Shown here piece by piece: positions 1-9,208 of a DNA stretch of 42,708 nucleotides. The notes under the pieces are model-generated. The model was not told where the DNA came from. It saw nothing but the letters and a program-made list of their open reading frames with translations, and did no database searches. Numbering within the stretch: the stretch's first letter is position 1; the number at the start of each line of letters is the position of its first letter. Position numbers and translations under genes: made by a program. Origin of the DNA: Patescibacteria group bacterium (lineage in GTDB: Bacteria; Patescibacteriota; WWE3; UBA101185; UBA10185); the NCBI GenBank assembly GCA_042571515.1, contig JBHPHX010000003.1, positions 1-42,708 on the forward strand, written 5' to 3'.

Positions 1-3
1 GTT

Positions 4-822
4 ATGCTAACACCACAAGTATCTGTAATTGTTCCAACTAAAAACTCTTCAAAATATTTGGATGTGGTACTTAAAGCAGTACGTTCCCAAACATACGAAA
101 ACATAGAACTAATAGTTGTGGACAATAATTCAACAGATAACACTAAAAAAATTGCACGGAAATATACTCAAAACGTGTATAACAAAGGGCCTGAGCGTAG
201 CACTCAAAAGAATTATGGTGCCCATGTGGCAAATGGCACATATGTATTGTTTTTGGATTCAGATGCAGAACTAGGACCTCCAATAATAGAAGAATGTGTG
301 CTATTAGCAAATCAAGGTGCAGATATGGTTATTATCCCGGAAGAACATGTAGGTAAGGGCTTTTGGGTAAAGGCAAAAGGCTTGGAACGAAAATGTTTCT
401 TAAATGACAACTCTGTTGAAGCCCCTTGGTTTTTTAAGAAAGACATTTTTCTGGCGAAAGGTGGGTACAATGAAGAGATGTATGCAGGAGAGGATTGGGA
501 TTTGTTTGATAGGTTGCGAAAGGCAGACCACACATTTGCTAGGAATCAATCTTTTATTAGACATCATTTAAGGGAACTTGATCTTCCCACAATTTTTAAG
601 AAAAAATATTATTATGGTAAAAACCTTAGTGTTTTCATTTCCAAAAGTAACAACGATTTTATTAAAAGAATCCCCTTTTTTAGAAAGGCATATTTTACCA
701 ATTGGAAACTTTTGATCTCTAACCCGATACTAACAATGGGTTTTCTGTTTCTAAAATTGATTGAAAGCAGTGCTGTTGCAATAGGTATAATGTATTTCAA
801 AGTTTTTAAAGATGAAAATTGA
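4..822 (+). CDS. Glycosyltransferase family 2 (GT-A fold)
   Basis: 272-aa ORF. VSVIVPTKNSSKYLD...IELIVVDNNSTDNT N-terminus and FLDSDAE (DxD-type) motif are classic GT2 signatures. First of four ORFs with 4-11 nt overlaps. Confidence 0.85.
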   Translation: MLTPQVSVIVPTKNSSKYLDVVLKAVRSQTYENIELIVVDNNSTDNTKKIARKYTQNVYNKGPERSTQKNYGAHVANGTYVLFLDSDAELGPPIIEECVLLANQGADMVIIPEEHVGKGFWVKAKGLERKCFLNDNSVEAPWFFKKDIFLAKGGYNEEMYAGEDWDLFDRLRKADHTFARNQSFIRHHLRELDLPTIFKKKYYYGKNLSVFISKSNNDFIKRIPFFRKAYFTNWKLLISNPILTMGFLFLKLIESSAVAIGIMYFKVFKDEN

Positions 823-1810
823 TACAAACCAAATAATTAAACAAATAGTTTTAAAGGACTTTGGAAATATGGACAGGAATATTTTCTCACAAGTTAGATG
901 GAGTTCCCTTCTGAAGAAGGCCTCTTCAAACAGAGTACTTTATGTATTTGTACAAAATTTATACAAAAGTGACTTTTCTTTAAATCCAAAACAAAAAGAA
1001 GACCTTCAGAAAATAATTGAGGTCGGTAATCAAAAAACTAAGGCTTTTCGAGACACAATAGAATTTCTTAAGAAAAACCTGGGATTTCAAAACATACCGT
1101 ATCTGGTTGTAAAGACTTTCAAATACATAGATTATGTGACCTTTGATGTGGATGTTTTAGTACCTTATGAAAGCTTTGATGCCGCGCAAAAGGTTTTAGC
1201 CGACAATGGATGTCAAATTTGCCCACATCCTAGAAAGCAGGGATTCCATCAAAGAAACTGTGTAAAGGAAGGTCTTTTAAATATTGATTTACACAGAAAG
1301 TTTTATTGGCAAGGATTTGAACACATAGATCTTGATTTTGTCTGGAAAAATGCACGGACACGTATAATTAATGGTATTGAGTGCCCATGCCCTTCATTGG
1401 AAGCAGACTTTTTATTACATAATAAACAATTGGTTTATGAAAGGTATTACATTACATTATTAGATTTCTTGGCAGTAAAATTTGCTCGTAAATCTGCAAA
1501 TTTCGATATGGAAAGTGTTGTAACTCAAGTGGAAAAATACAAGTGGGCCAAATCCTTTAAAAACTTATTAGCGCATTTGAATACGATTGATACTGCTCTT
1601 TATAACAAAGGGTCTAATGCTATAGAAATGCCCTTTTTGTACCCATACATTCAAGTTTGGCAACAGTTTTTTGAAATAACCCAAGGTCAAAAAAACATAC
1701 CAGTTTATGACTTCTTGTATTATCATTTTGCCTTTGGAAGATACTATCTTTCCAAAAAAGCACGATTTCCCTACTATCAACATTGGTTTGACTTCGCTTT
1801 GCTCACATGA
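812..1810 (+). CDS. Uncharacterised nucleotidyltransferase-like protein (NTP_transf_5-like)
   Basis: 332-aa ORF overlapping the GT2 stop by 11 nt. FDVDVLVPYESFDAAQKVLADNG resembles the DxD-plus-helix signature of the uncharacterised nucleotidyltransferase family seen in modification clusters. Assigned from motif memory only. Confidence 0.55.
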   Translation: MKIDTNQIIKQIVLKDFGNMDRNIFSQVRWSSLLKKASSNRVLYVFVQNLYKSDFSLNPKQKEDLQKIIEVGNQKTKAFRDTIEFLKKNLGFQNIPYLVVKTFKYIDYVTFDVDVLVPYESFDAAQKVLADNGCQICPHPRKQGFHQRNCVKEGLLNIDLHRKFYWQGFEHIDLDFVWKNARTRIINGIECPCPSLEADFLLHNKQLVYERYYITLLDFLAVKFARKSANFDMESVVTQVEKYKWAKSFKNLLAHLNTIDTALYNKGSNAIEMPFLYPYIQVWQQFFEITQGQKNIPVYDFLYYHFAFGRYYLSKKARFPYYQHWFDFALLT

Positions 1811-2913
1811 AAAAAAAGAAAGTATTAGTAATTTGCAATAATCTAACACGCCCTGCAATTAATATGTCAGGAATAGCTGCCATACATGTCCTCTTAGTGG
1901 AACTTTCTAAACAGCAGGATTTAGATATCCATGTATTATCCTCTTTATCTTCTTCAAGTAAACCAGTTGTTGATACACATAACCTAACATTTCATTATGT
2001 ATCTGGGGGTAATTTGCTTTGGATTAGAATATTATTTTTTATCAAAGCAATATTTTTACATAGAAAATTTAAATTTGAAATTATTCATGATTATTCCTCA
2101 TTGCCAGTATTGATAGGAATTACTGGAATATTAGCGAAGTTATGTAAGTGTAAGGCCTTGCATACAATATGTACAATAAACACATCCTTTTTCGGTTCAG
2201 AAAGGTTTCTATTTGGAGCAAGGACAGTTAGCCATATTATTTGTACAGATTTGATAACAAAAAAACGTCTTTCAGAAAAAACAAAAAATGTAACGTATAT
2301 TCCCTTGGGGATTGATACAAAAAAATTTCAGGTACAACAGCAAGGGATATTGGAAAGGCCAAGCATTTTATTTTTAGGATCACTTGAAGAAAGGAAGGGT
2401 GCCTTTGTTTTAGCGGATGCCATATATCATGTAGTTGAATCATATCCCCAAATAATGTTTATTTTTGCTTCGTTTGGAAAGGAAGTACGAGATCCCTACT
2501 ATTCTAAAAACTTGGAAGATCTGAAAGCCAGGACACAATCAGTATCTAAAAATATAAAAATTCTCACTGGGTGGCAAAATGTTGCACAACTATTAAATAC
2601 AGCTTCAATATTTGTGCTACCTGCAGTGTCGCGGCACGGTACATTGGGACAACCGCTAACATTAATTGAAGCCATGTCATCCAAAACCCCCTGTATAGTA
2701 TCAGACATCCAAAAAGGAGATGGGTTGGTGGGGGGTGACAAGAACTGTCTATTATTTAAGTCGGGAAATTCGAAAGACCTAGCAGAAAAAATTACACACA
2801 TACTTTCTAATTCAGATGTAGCAAACAAGCTAGCGGATACTGCATATAATACTATAATGAGGGACTTTGACTTACAAATAGTAGCTAAGAAGGTATATAA
2901 TTTGTATCTATGA
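1807..2913 (+). CDS. Glycosyltransferase family 1 (GT-B, GT4-like)
   Basis: 368 aa. C-terminal EERKG...LPAVSRHGTLGQPLTLIEAMSSKTPCIVSD matches the Glycos_transf_1 signature. ATGA overlap with the upstream gene. Confidence 0.85.
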   Translation: MKKKKVLVICNNLTRPAINMSGIAAIHVLLVELSKQQDLDIHVLSSLSSSSKPVVDTHNLTFHYVSGGNLLWIRILFFIKAIFLHRKFKFEIIHDYSSLPVLIGITGILAKLCKCKALHTICTINTSFFGSERFLFGARTVSHIICTDLITKKRLSEKTKNVTYIPLGIDTKKFQVQQQGILERPSILFLGSLEERKGAFVLADAIYHVVESYPQIMFIFASFGKEVRDPYYSKNLEDLKARTQSVSKNIKILTGWQNVAQLLNTASIFVLPAVSRHGTLGQPLTLIEAMSSKTPCIVSDIQKGDGLVGGDKNCLLFKSGNSKDLAEKITHILSNSDVANKLADTAYNTIMRDFDLQIVAKKVYNLYL

Positions 2914-3530
2914 TAATTGTATTCTCTGGTGTTGATGGTTCAGGCAAGACTACGCTTGCACACAACTTAGTCAACAGATTGAAAAAGGAAAAAACACACG
3001 CTAAATACGTATATATGGGCAATTATTTCATCCTCACAGGTATTGTTAAATTTATACACTATGTGTATAGGCATATTAAAAAAACCCCTGTGGTGAGGGG
3101 GAATCCCCTTTTAGGTACTAAGGAAAAACCGATGTTAAGTAAATGTTGGTTATTTTTTTCTATACTTGAAAATCTCCTTGTATACATGAAATTGAAAATT
3201 CTTAGCATTTTGGGAATCGTAGTTATTTCTGACAGATATTTCTATGATAGGCTGCTTGGGTTAGAATATCATGGGTATTCTAGCAAGCTGCTTTCCCAAA
3301 TGTATCTGAAAATGACCCCACGCCCTACACATCTCTTCATGATAGATGTTGACGAAGAAGTTTCCTTACAAAGAGAAGTAAAAGAGAAACATCCATTAGA
3401 GTTTTACAAGTGTTTACGTCAAAAGTACATGAAACTTGCTACATTACTAAATGCAAAGGTACTTGATGGAAACATGTCAAAAGAAATAATGCTAGAAAAA
3501 GTTATGACTGAGATAAAAAATAAACCATAA
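2910..3530 (+). CDS. P-loop NMP-kinase-like protein (thymidylate-kinase-like fold)
   Basis: 206 aa. N-terminal Walker A IIVFSGVDGSGKTT and ISDRYFYD (DRY) motif as in dTMP-kinase-like proteins. ATGA overlap with the GT1 gene. Substrate unknown. Confidence 0.6.
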   Translation: MIIVFSGVDGSGKTTLAHNLVNRLKKEKTHAKYVYMGNYFILTGIVKFIHYVYRHIKKTPVVRGNPLLGTKEKPMLSKCWLFFSILENLLVYMKLKILSILGIVVISDRYFYDRLLGLEYHGYSSKLLSQMYLKMTPRPTHLFMIDVDEEVSLQREVKEKHPLEFYKCLRQKYMKLATLLNAKVLDGNMSKEIMLEKVMTEIKNKP

Positions 3531-3553
3531 GTAACAGATGGATATTACCAAAC

Positions 3554-4438
3554 TCATACATATTTCCACGCATCAACATTAAGTCCCATAACTTTTTCAA
3601 ACTTTTCAATATCATTCATATAATATGCAGTTAATATTCGCTTTTCTTTTTCCCCGAGAGGCTCATATGATTTGGAACGCGTATTTAAAAGGGTATATAA
3701 CCTGTATAATTTTCTATTCCCGGCAAGATATCTCTGATAGGCTGTTGCTGGCAATAATTTTTCTCCCATTTTTAACAAACGTGTACATGTATCTCTTAGT
3801 GTGTTAAATCTCGGTGCAAAAGCGGGATTGATACGCTTATTTAAACTTTGAGGTACAAAAGTGGTATCTACCCCTAGAAATGCATATAACTTCCTAAGTT
3901 CCATGCTTCTATCGTTAATGAAATTTTCAAGAATCATGAAGTGCATCTGTTTTTTTGGGAATAAGTCTAAAAATTTTTTAACATGTTCATAATATAAATA
4001 CTGTTTCATAAGGGGATGTTCCGTTTTTACTACCTCTTGAAACGTTTTTGGGACTGGGCTTTTCACACTGGATTTTAGGAAGGTATACATAGAATATACT
4101 GCTTTGGCGGGATTTCTAAAGACGCCAAGTATTTTAACATGTGGAAAATATTCATAAATTCTTTGAGCAGCTTTGGGGTCTGGTAAATAACTAACGCTAA
4201 ACTCACCTTGTATTTGGCGAGGCTTTAGATTATTAAATTGGCTATAATACCATTCAATTCCCTTATAGAATTCAGAGGTAAAGTCTTTATGTAACCCACC
4301 CCACGTAGGTGTATTAAAAAAGTTTACCTCTTTTGATATCTCTGGTAAAAAAATCTGAGGGTGTTCGCTAAGACATTGGGATATCCATGTAGTCCCACTT
4401 CTTGCAGCCCCAATTCCTATAAAATCAATTATTTTCAT
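3554..4438 (-). CDS. Sulfotransferase family protein
   Basis: 5'-PSB-like motif IGIGAARSGTTW and 3'-PB-like FRNPAKAVYS. Start placed at the internal MKIIDF (4438), because a TTGAAA-17-TATAAT promoter lies inside the longer track ORF (3554..4477). Confidence 0.8.
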   Translation of the reverse strand: MKIIDFIGIGAARSGTTWISQCLSEHPQIFLPEISKEVNFFNTPTWGGLHKDFTSEFYKGIEWYYSQFNNLKPRQIQGEFSVSYLPDPKAAQRIYEYFPHVKILGVFRNPAKAVYSMYTFLKSSVKSPVPKTFQEVVKTEHPLMKQYLYYEHVKKFLDLFPKKQMHFMILENFINDRSMELRKLYAFLGVDTTFVPQSLNKRINPAFAPRFNTLRDTCTRLLKMGEKLLPATAYQRYLAGNRKLYRLYTLLNTRSKSYEPLGEKEKRILTAYYMNDIEKFEKVMGLNVDAWKYV

Positions 4439-4448
4439 TAACGTTGGA

Positions 4449-4477
4449 ATTATACAAGTAACTAATAGGGCTTTCAA
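4449..4477 (-). promoter_or_regulatory. Sigma70-type promoter of the sulfotransferase gene
   Basis: Minus strand reads TTGAAA gccctattagttacttg TATAAT (17-nt spacer). The -10 box ends 10 nt before ATG 4438. Confidence 0.6.
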
Positions 4478-4522
4478 TTTACGCGTTTTTTACAGCAATC
4501 GTAGCTGTGGTAAACTACCACC

Positions 4523-5179
4523 ATGGACATCTGTTTGTCAGGTAGGCAAAAAAAATGGAAAACACTTCTACCAAATCTAAAGGATAAGGTGATTTTAGAT
4601 GTTGGCTGTTCATATGGCTGGCTCGAAGAAATTGTACTGGAGGCTGGGTGTAAAGAAATCTGGGGTATAGAACCGGATGGAAATAATCTGAAAGATGTTA
4701 GAAAGAAATATCCCCAAGCGCACTTTAAAAAGGGTTCCGTTTTTAACTTATCTTTTGCAGATAACACTTTTGATATTGTTGCATTATTTGATGTTATAGA
4801 ACATATCCCTAGAGGCACTGAACATAAGGCTTTAGTTGGAATCAGAAGAGTCCTTAAAAAAAATGGAACTTTGTGCCTGTCTACTCCGCATCAAAATATA
4901 TTGAGCAACGCATTAGATCCAGCATGGTATTTAGGACACAGACATTATTCTACAAAACGGATTATAGAACTCCTAACTAAGAGTGGTTTTACAGTAACTT
5001 TTGTAGATTATGGAGGAGGGCTAGCCTCCCAGCTCTACATGATTCTATTCTATTTGTATAAATTTGCTCTAAAACGAGATATGCACTTGTTTGAAAAACG
5101 GTTTAATAATATCCGTGAAAGGGAGTACTTATCGACTGGGGGCTATGTTACATTGTTTATAAAAGCAAATGCTTCGTAA
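4523..5179 (+). CDS. Class I SAM-dependent methyltransferase
   Basis: 218 aa. Motif I VILDVGCSYGW and post-I/II FDIVALFDVIEHIP are typical of Methyltransf_11/23-type enzymes. Confidence 0.85.
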   Translation: MDICLSGRQKKWKTLLPNLKDKVILDVGCSYGWLEEIVLEAGCKEIWGIEPDGNNLKDVRKKYPQAHFKKGSVFNLSFADNTFDIVALFDVIEHIPRGTEHKALVGIRRVLKKNGTLCLSTPHQNILSNALDPAWYLGHRHYSTKRIIELLTKSGFTVTFVDYGGGLASQLYMILFYLYKFALKRDMHLFEKRFNNIREREYLSTGGYVTLFIKANAS

Positions 5180-7631
5180 TAAAACTTTTTCATTTATGAA
5201 AACTAAGCATATACAAGATTTCCTAGCGCTATTTATAATCACACTGTTTTCGCTGATTTCATTAACATGGGGTAATACCAATACGTTGATTGGATCTGGT
5301 GATAATTTCAAATCTATTGACCTTTACAAATATTTGAATACCTTGAATACCTCCTGGAATGGGCTAACTAATACAGGTGCCCCTGAATATTCCTTAGAAT
5401 ATCACTTGCCGTTTTCATTGATCTATTTTCCTTTAGGTACACTTGGAATACATCCAGTTTTTATACAAAAGCTATGGTTGGTTTTATCCCTCCTATTACC
5501 AGCTTTTTTTATGTATAAGTTCATTACAAAGTTTTTGGGAAATAAAATTCCACTACCAATTAGAATAATCACATCTCTTTTTTATATATTTAACCCCTTG
5601 ATGATAAAACACCCTTATGGTATTAGTCTTGCTAAATTCCCAGTATATCTAGCATTACCTCTCCTATGTTATCTCTTAATATCTATTTTTGAGGCTACTC
5701 TATGGAGAGACAAATTAAAGTTTGCCATTGCTCTTAGTTTAGGTACCTTGCTTATGGCAGCATCTTTTGGAAATGTGGCCAATATAGCGTCTGCAATAAT
5801 CATTTTAGGATCCCTTTTTGTCTTTGAAGTATTTTCCCAAAAAAACAAGTTAAGGCATATAGCTCTTATTATAAAAGTAGGTATATTAAGTCTTTTCCTT
5901 AATTTTTGGTGGATCTACAGCTCTTTTTATAGTCAATTTATGAATAGAAACCGCTTTTATGAGAGGGTAACGGCTTTTAAAACCAATTCAATCATTTCCG
6001 ATTCATTACGCTTGTTAGGCAGTTGGTCTCTACGTGCTGGACATAGAGGCATTGCATATTTTCCCTTTGGCCAATCCTATTATATGCCTATAGGTATTCT
6101 TATGACATATCTTGTCACCCTACTAGCCTTCTCTTCTATTGTGTTTTTGATTATCTATAGAAATCGGCTAAATAGGGTTTTACGCCACAAGGTGCTTCTG
6201 TTTTTATTTCTATCTCTATTAGGCATATTTTTGGTGAAAGGATCTGGGCCTCCTTTCGGCAAATGGTACACACTAGCATATGAATTTCTTCCATGGTTTA
6301 GAATGTTTCGGGAACCGTATACGAAATTTAGTCTAATTACAATGTTTTCTTTTTGTATTGCCTTAACCTTTAGTGCATATGCTTTCTACACTCTTATCAG
6401 AAAGCATGTTAAATTCGCCGCTATATTCATCTCTGTTGTTTTTCTCAGCCTCTTTATTGGAGTTGCATACCCAATGTTTAATGGAAACATTGTAGTAACA
6501 CATACTAACGGAGTGATAAAGCAATCAACAGTTATGGTACCTAGTTACTGGGAGGAAATTTCAAGATTCACCAATACTTTCCAGTTACAGGGTAGGACAC
6601 TCATGGTACCTAATAGTGGCTATTATGGCGCAAGTTATATCTGGAAAAGTGGTTACTCTGGAAGACCTTTTACACTATATTACAATGGAAATACCGTAAC
6701 ACTTAAGAAAATTCCCCCACTTAATCCTGGTGATGTTTTAATTAAACATTTATATGAAAGTTTAGAGAGTTACTTACAAGATGGAAGCCTATTGGATTTT
6801 TACAGATTTATAAATTTAGCAAGAATCCTAAATATAGGAAATGTTTTACAACAAAATGACTTTGACTGGCGAAATATTTCATTTGAAAATCCTATTAATT
6901 GGTCTCCAAATAACATGGAGATCTTCTTCGAAAATAATAACGAATTCTTCTACCAATTAGCGTCTTTTGGAAAATTTACAGAAACATATCTCAAAAGCAT
7001 TCCTTATATACATGGTGGTGAAAATATTCACAGAATAGAGGGGGACCCCACTGAAGATGTATATCTCGCAGAACTCTTTGGCAAAAACGCCTTGGAGTTA
7101 TATTCCCTAAGAGATGATCTTAAACTCCCTAAAATCTATATTCCTAATCTGATAGAAACGTTTGAGAATGAGGAAACTTTTTTTAACACATTGGCAAATA
7201 CCAAATATTTCAATACAAAACCTCTATTTGTTTCTGACCCGCAACTTTCAACAATAGTACCTGACCAAAATATAGATATAACATATGAGAAAAAAAGTTA
7301 TACCCGGTATAGAGTATATTTTTCAACACCCCTTAAAGAGCTTTTACCGGTAGTTTTTAGTGAAACCTTTGATAAAGAATGGTATTTAGCTGAATCATGT
7401 GGAATATTGTCCTGTAAGAAATATGCCAACTCCAAACACTTTTTAGCAAATCAATATGCAAATGGATGGTTAATCAAACCAGGAGATGAGAAATTCGGCT
7501 TGGGATCTTTTTACATTGTCCATAAATCAGAATTTAGACTTAAGACGGGCTTAATCATATCTGGGGCATTCTTGCTATTTAGTCTATGTACCATAATAGG
7601 GATTGGTAGAAAGAGAAAAAAAACGCTATGA
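5169..7631 (+). CDS. Large polytopic membrane protein, GT-C-like (AftD/DUF3367-like architecture)
   Basis: 820 aa. The N-terminal half has more than 10 hydrophobic helices. It is followed by a large soluble region, then a terminal TM helix and a KRKK tail. Overlaps the methyltransferase stop by 11 nt. Function inferred from architecture only. Confidence 0.6.
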   Translation: MLRNKTFSFMKTKHIQDFLALFIITLFSLISLTWGNTNTLIGSGDNFKSIDLYKYLNTLNTSWNGLTNTGAPEYSLEYHLPFSLIYFPLGTLGIHPVFIQKLWLVLSLLLPAFFMYKFITKFLGNKIPLPIRIITSLFYIFNPLMIKHPYGISLAKFPVYLALPLLCYLLISIFEATLWRDKLKFAIALSLGTLLMAASFGNVANIASAIIILGSLFVFEVFSQKNKLRHIALIIKVGILSLFLNFWWIYSSFYSQFMNRNRFYERVTAFKTNSIISDSLRLLGSWSLRAGHRGIAYFPFGQSYYMPIGILMTYLVTLLAFSSIVFLIIYRNRLNRVLRHKVLLFLFLSLLGIFLVKGSGPPFGKWYTLAYEFLPWFRMFREPYTKFSLITMFSFCIALTFSAYAFYTLIRKHVKFAAIFISVVFLSLFIGVAYPMFNGNIVVTHTNGVIKQSTVMVPSYWEEISRFTNTFQLQGRTLMVPNSGYYGASYIWKSGYSGRPFTLYYNGNTVTLKKIPPLNPGDVLIKHLYESLESYLQDGSLLDFYRFINLARILNIGNVLQQNDFDWRNISFENPINWSPNNMEIFFENNNEFFYQLASFGKFTETYLKSIPYIHGGENIHRIEGDPTEDVYLAELFGKNALELYSLRDDLKLPKIYIPNLIETFENEETFFNTLANTKYFNTKPLFVSDPQLSTIVPDQNIDITYEKKSYTRYRVYFSTPLKELLPVVFSETFDKEWYLAESCGILSCKKYANSKHFLANQYANGWLIKPGDEKFGLGSFYIVHKSEFRLKTGLIISGAFLLFSLCTIIGIGRKRKKTL

Positions 7632-7807
7632 AATTTTTAGGCTTTATATCACTCGCAGCCTTTGGTTTAGGTGTTTTGAAAATAATACGAATTATTTTAT
7701 CCGTATATGATGAGGCAGATATATATGCCCAAAAAGCATTTATTTATTTTGTAATTTCTTTTGTTGTATTGGTAATAATGGAATTTAAAGAGAGGAAGGA
7801 AGAATAA
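7628..7807 (+). CDS. Small two-helix membrane protein (59 aa), hypothetical
   Basis: Not in the ORF track (below 60 aa). The ATG overlaps the upstream TGA (ATGA coupling). Sequence MKFLGFISLAAFGLGVLKII...FVISFVVLVIMEFKERKEE. Followed by a terminator hairpin. Confidence 0.4.
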   Translation: MKFLGFISLAAFGLGVLKIIRIILSVYDEADIYAQKAFIYFVISFVVLVIMEFKERKEE

Positions 7808-7851
7808 GGAAAAATGAATGCTGCCTTCCAATGAGAACATCAGAAGTGGAA

Positions 7852-7876
7852 ATGTCGCTTTATGCGACATTTTTGC
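7852..7876 (+). terminator. Rho-independent terminator of the glycan-tailoring operon
   Basis: ATGTCGC-tttat-GCGACAT perfect 7-bp stem followed by TTTT. Confidence 0.65.
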
Positions 7877-7880
7877 TTCT

Positions 7881-8031
7881 GGTGACCCTAGTGTCTGAAA
7901 AATGGAACACACTGGTCCCATCAATTATACAAATTTCCGAGGTGCTTTCCACCCCTAACAACACCACACCCCTTGCCTATAATTAGAGGAGATATACACA
8001 TGGTATTAATACCCAATAGTTAAGAGAACAC
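7881..8031 (-). repeat. 151-bp repeat copy 1 (tRNA-Glu-3'-end-like terminus on the minus strand)
   Basis: About 89% identical by eye (about 17 mismatches) to 8624..8774. The minus-strand end reads ...gtgtgttccatttttcagacactagggtcacca, resembling the tRNA-Glu T-arm/acceptor GGGGGTTCGATTCCCCCTGGGGTCACCA. Confidence 0.85.
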
Positions 8032-8049
8032 TAGATAACTAGTGTAGAA

Positions 8050-8090
8050 AAGAAAAACCACCGTAGGTTACATTTCCTTACGGCGGTTTT
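8050..8090 (-). terminator. Terminator hairpin after CDS 8129..8536 (bidirectional shape)
   Basis: Minus strand reads ACCGCCGTAAGG-aaatgta-ACCTACGGTGGT followed by TTTTTCTTTT. Confidence 0.65.
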
Positions 8091-8128
8091 AGTTTTTGCT
8101 AATAAGTTACAAAATATTTTTGTGTTAC

Positions 8129-8536
8129 TTATGACATGTAGAGCGGCCTTGTCCAGGTACAGATACGAATGAGAATCTCCCCAATTATAAATGCCAATGC
8201 AGCTAATAGCACCAAGCCTACAATAAGACCACTTTTGTCTTTGGAGTACTCTTCCTCGTAGTAGCGGTTCTTTCCTGGTTTAAACCAGAAAAATCCAACA
8301 TCTTGGAGCCATGAAGTTATGTATTCCAATGCCCATCCGCAAAACGCCGAGTATCCAATACGTGAGATGGCCAGTAAGGCCCAGAAGCCTACCAAGTTGT
8401 TAGGATAGAGGTTATCTATAAAGGCAAGAAACCCCGTAATTTTAAGCACCTGAGCCACAATAATGAGAAAGCCCACGATGAGTAACGCCAACAGAATACC
8501 CGTGATTGACTGAGTTAATTCCTTTAACAGTTTCAT
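8129..8536 (-). CDS. Hypothetical membrane protein (135 aa, about 4 TM helices)
   Basis: AAGGAG RBS 7 nt upstream of the ATG. Own TTGACA/TAATAT promoter and terminator. Bracketed by the two 151-bp repeats. Confidence 0.65.
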   Translation of the reverse strand: MKLLKELTQSITGILLALLIVGFLIIVAQVLKITGFLAFIDNLYPNNLVGFWALLAISRIGYSAFCGWALEYITSWLQDVGFFWFKPGKNRYYEEEYSKDKSGLIVGLVLLAALAFIIGEILIRICTWTRPLYMS

Positions 8537-8581
8537 TTTTATCTCTCCTTATACATTCTTTAGTTTATAATGTTAGTTGGT

Positions 8582-8610
8582 ATATTATATGATTTGAGGT
8601 TTTGTGTCAA
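8582..8610 (-). promoter_or_regulatory. Consensus-like sigma70 promoter (TTGACA-17-TAATAT) with conserved upstream TATCCTATAGT module
   Basis: Minus strand reads ccattatcctatagtTTGACAcaaaacctcaaatcataTAATAT. The 21-mer ccattatcctatagtttgaca recurs exactly at 14843..14863 (+). Confidence 0.7.
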
Positions 8611-8623
8611 ACTATAGGATAAT

Positions 8624-8774
8624 GGTGACCCTGGTGTCTGAAAAATGGAACACACTAATGCCATCAATTATACAAATTTCCGAGATGCTTCCCACCCCTA
8701 ACAACACCACACCCCTTGCCTATCGTTGAGAGAGATATATTTATAGTATTAATACCCAATAGCTAAGAGAACAC
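8624..8774 (-). repeat. 151-bp repeat copy 2 (tRNA-Glu-3'-end-like terminus)
   Basis: Paralog of 7881..8031. The minus-strand end ...cagacaccagggtcacca is immediately followed by ttatcctatagtTTGACA. Confidence 0.85.
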
Positions 8775-8800
8775 CGTGCAGGGAACAAGATATTTAGTAA

Positions 8801-9208
8801 TTAACCGCGCAAATCGAAATTTTTGTCAATGCTCTCTTCTATGACTCCCATCATAGCTTTTTTTACCTTGTCATCTTTTCCATAAGTTTCTGAACTAATT
8901 CCATATTTTTCTGCATTATAGAGCCTCTCACCGTTGACAAATCCAATAAAACCATCCATCCTTTCCAGAGGTACAGTTCCATCCTTATCTAGGCTTTCAC
9001 CAATTTCCACAAAAGCCTCATGAGCCTTTTTACTGTAAGATAAAAACGGGCTACCCTCCTTTGATGATAAAAACGGGTCATTTCCTCCTAATTTAGCTTC
9101 TAGGCTCTCTGCTTCCTTTTTAAACATTTCAGAGAGGTCTGATGACGAGAATTCCTTTTCGACTGATTCTCGAACTTCATCTGGAGTAATTTGTTCATTT
9201 TTTGACAT
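8801..9208 (-). CDS. Hypothetical acidic protein (135 aa)
   Basis: Long ORF with coding-like composition and no recognisable motif. A TATAAA-like -10 box lies about 5 nt before the ATG. Confidence 0.55.
   Translation of the reverse strand: MSKNEQITPDEVRESVEKEFSSSDLSEMFKKEAESLEAKLGGNDPFLSSKEGSPFLSYSKKAHEAFVEIGESLDKDGTVPLERMDGFIGFVNGERLYNAEKYGISSETYGKDDKVKKAMMGVIEESIDKNFDLRG

Noticed and set aside
4474-4818. 114-aa minus-strand ORF
   Set aside because: It is antisense to the SAM methyltransferase, which has a clear motif I, and it overlaps the sulfotransferase promoter.
7697-7924. 75-aa minus-strand ORF
   Set aside because: It spans a terminator hairpin and the end of the 151-bp repeat. The plus-strand 59-aa ORF, translationally coupled by an ATGA overlap, explains the region better.
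8011-8034. Tiny ORF (MVLIPNS) with GAGGAG upstream inside 151-bp repeat copy 1
   Set aside because: The ATG is absent in copy 2, so the repeat is unlikely to be protein-coding.
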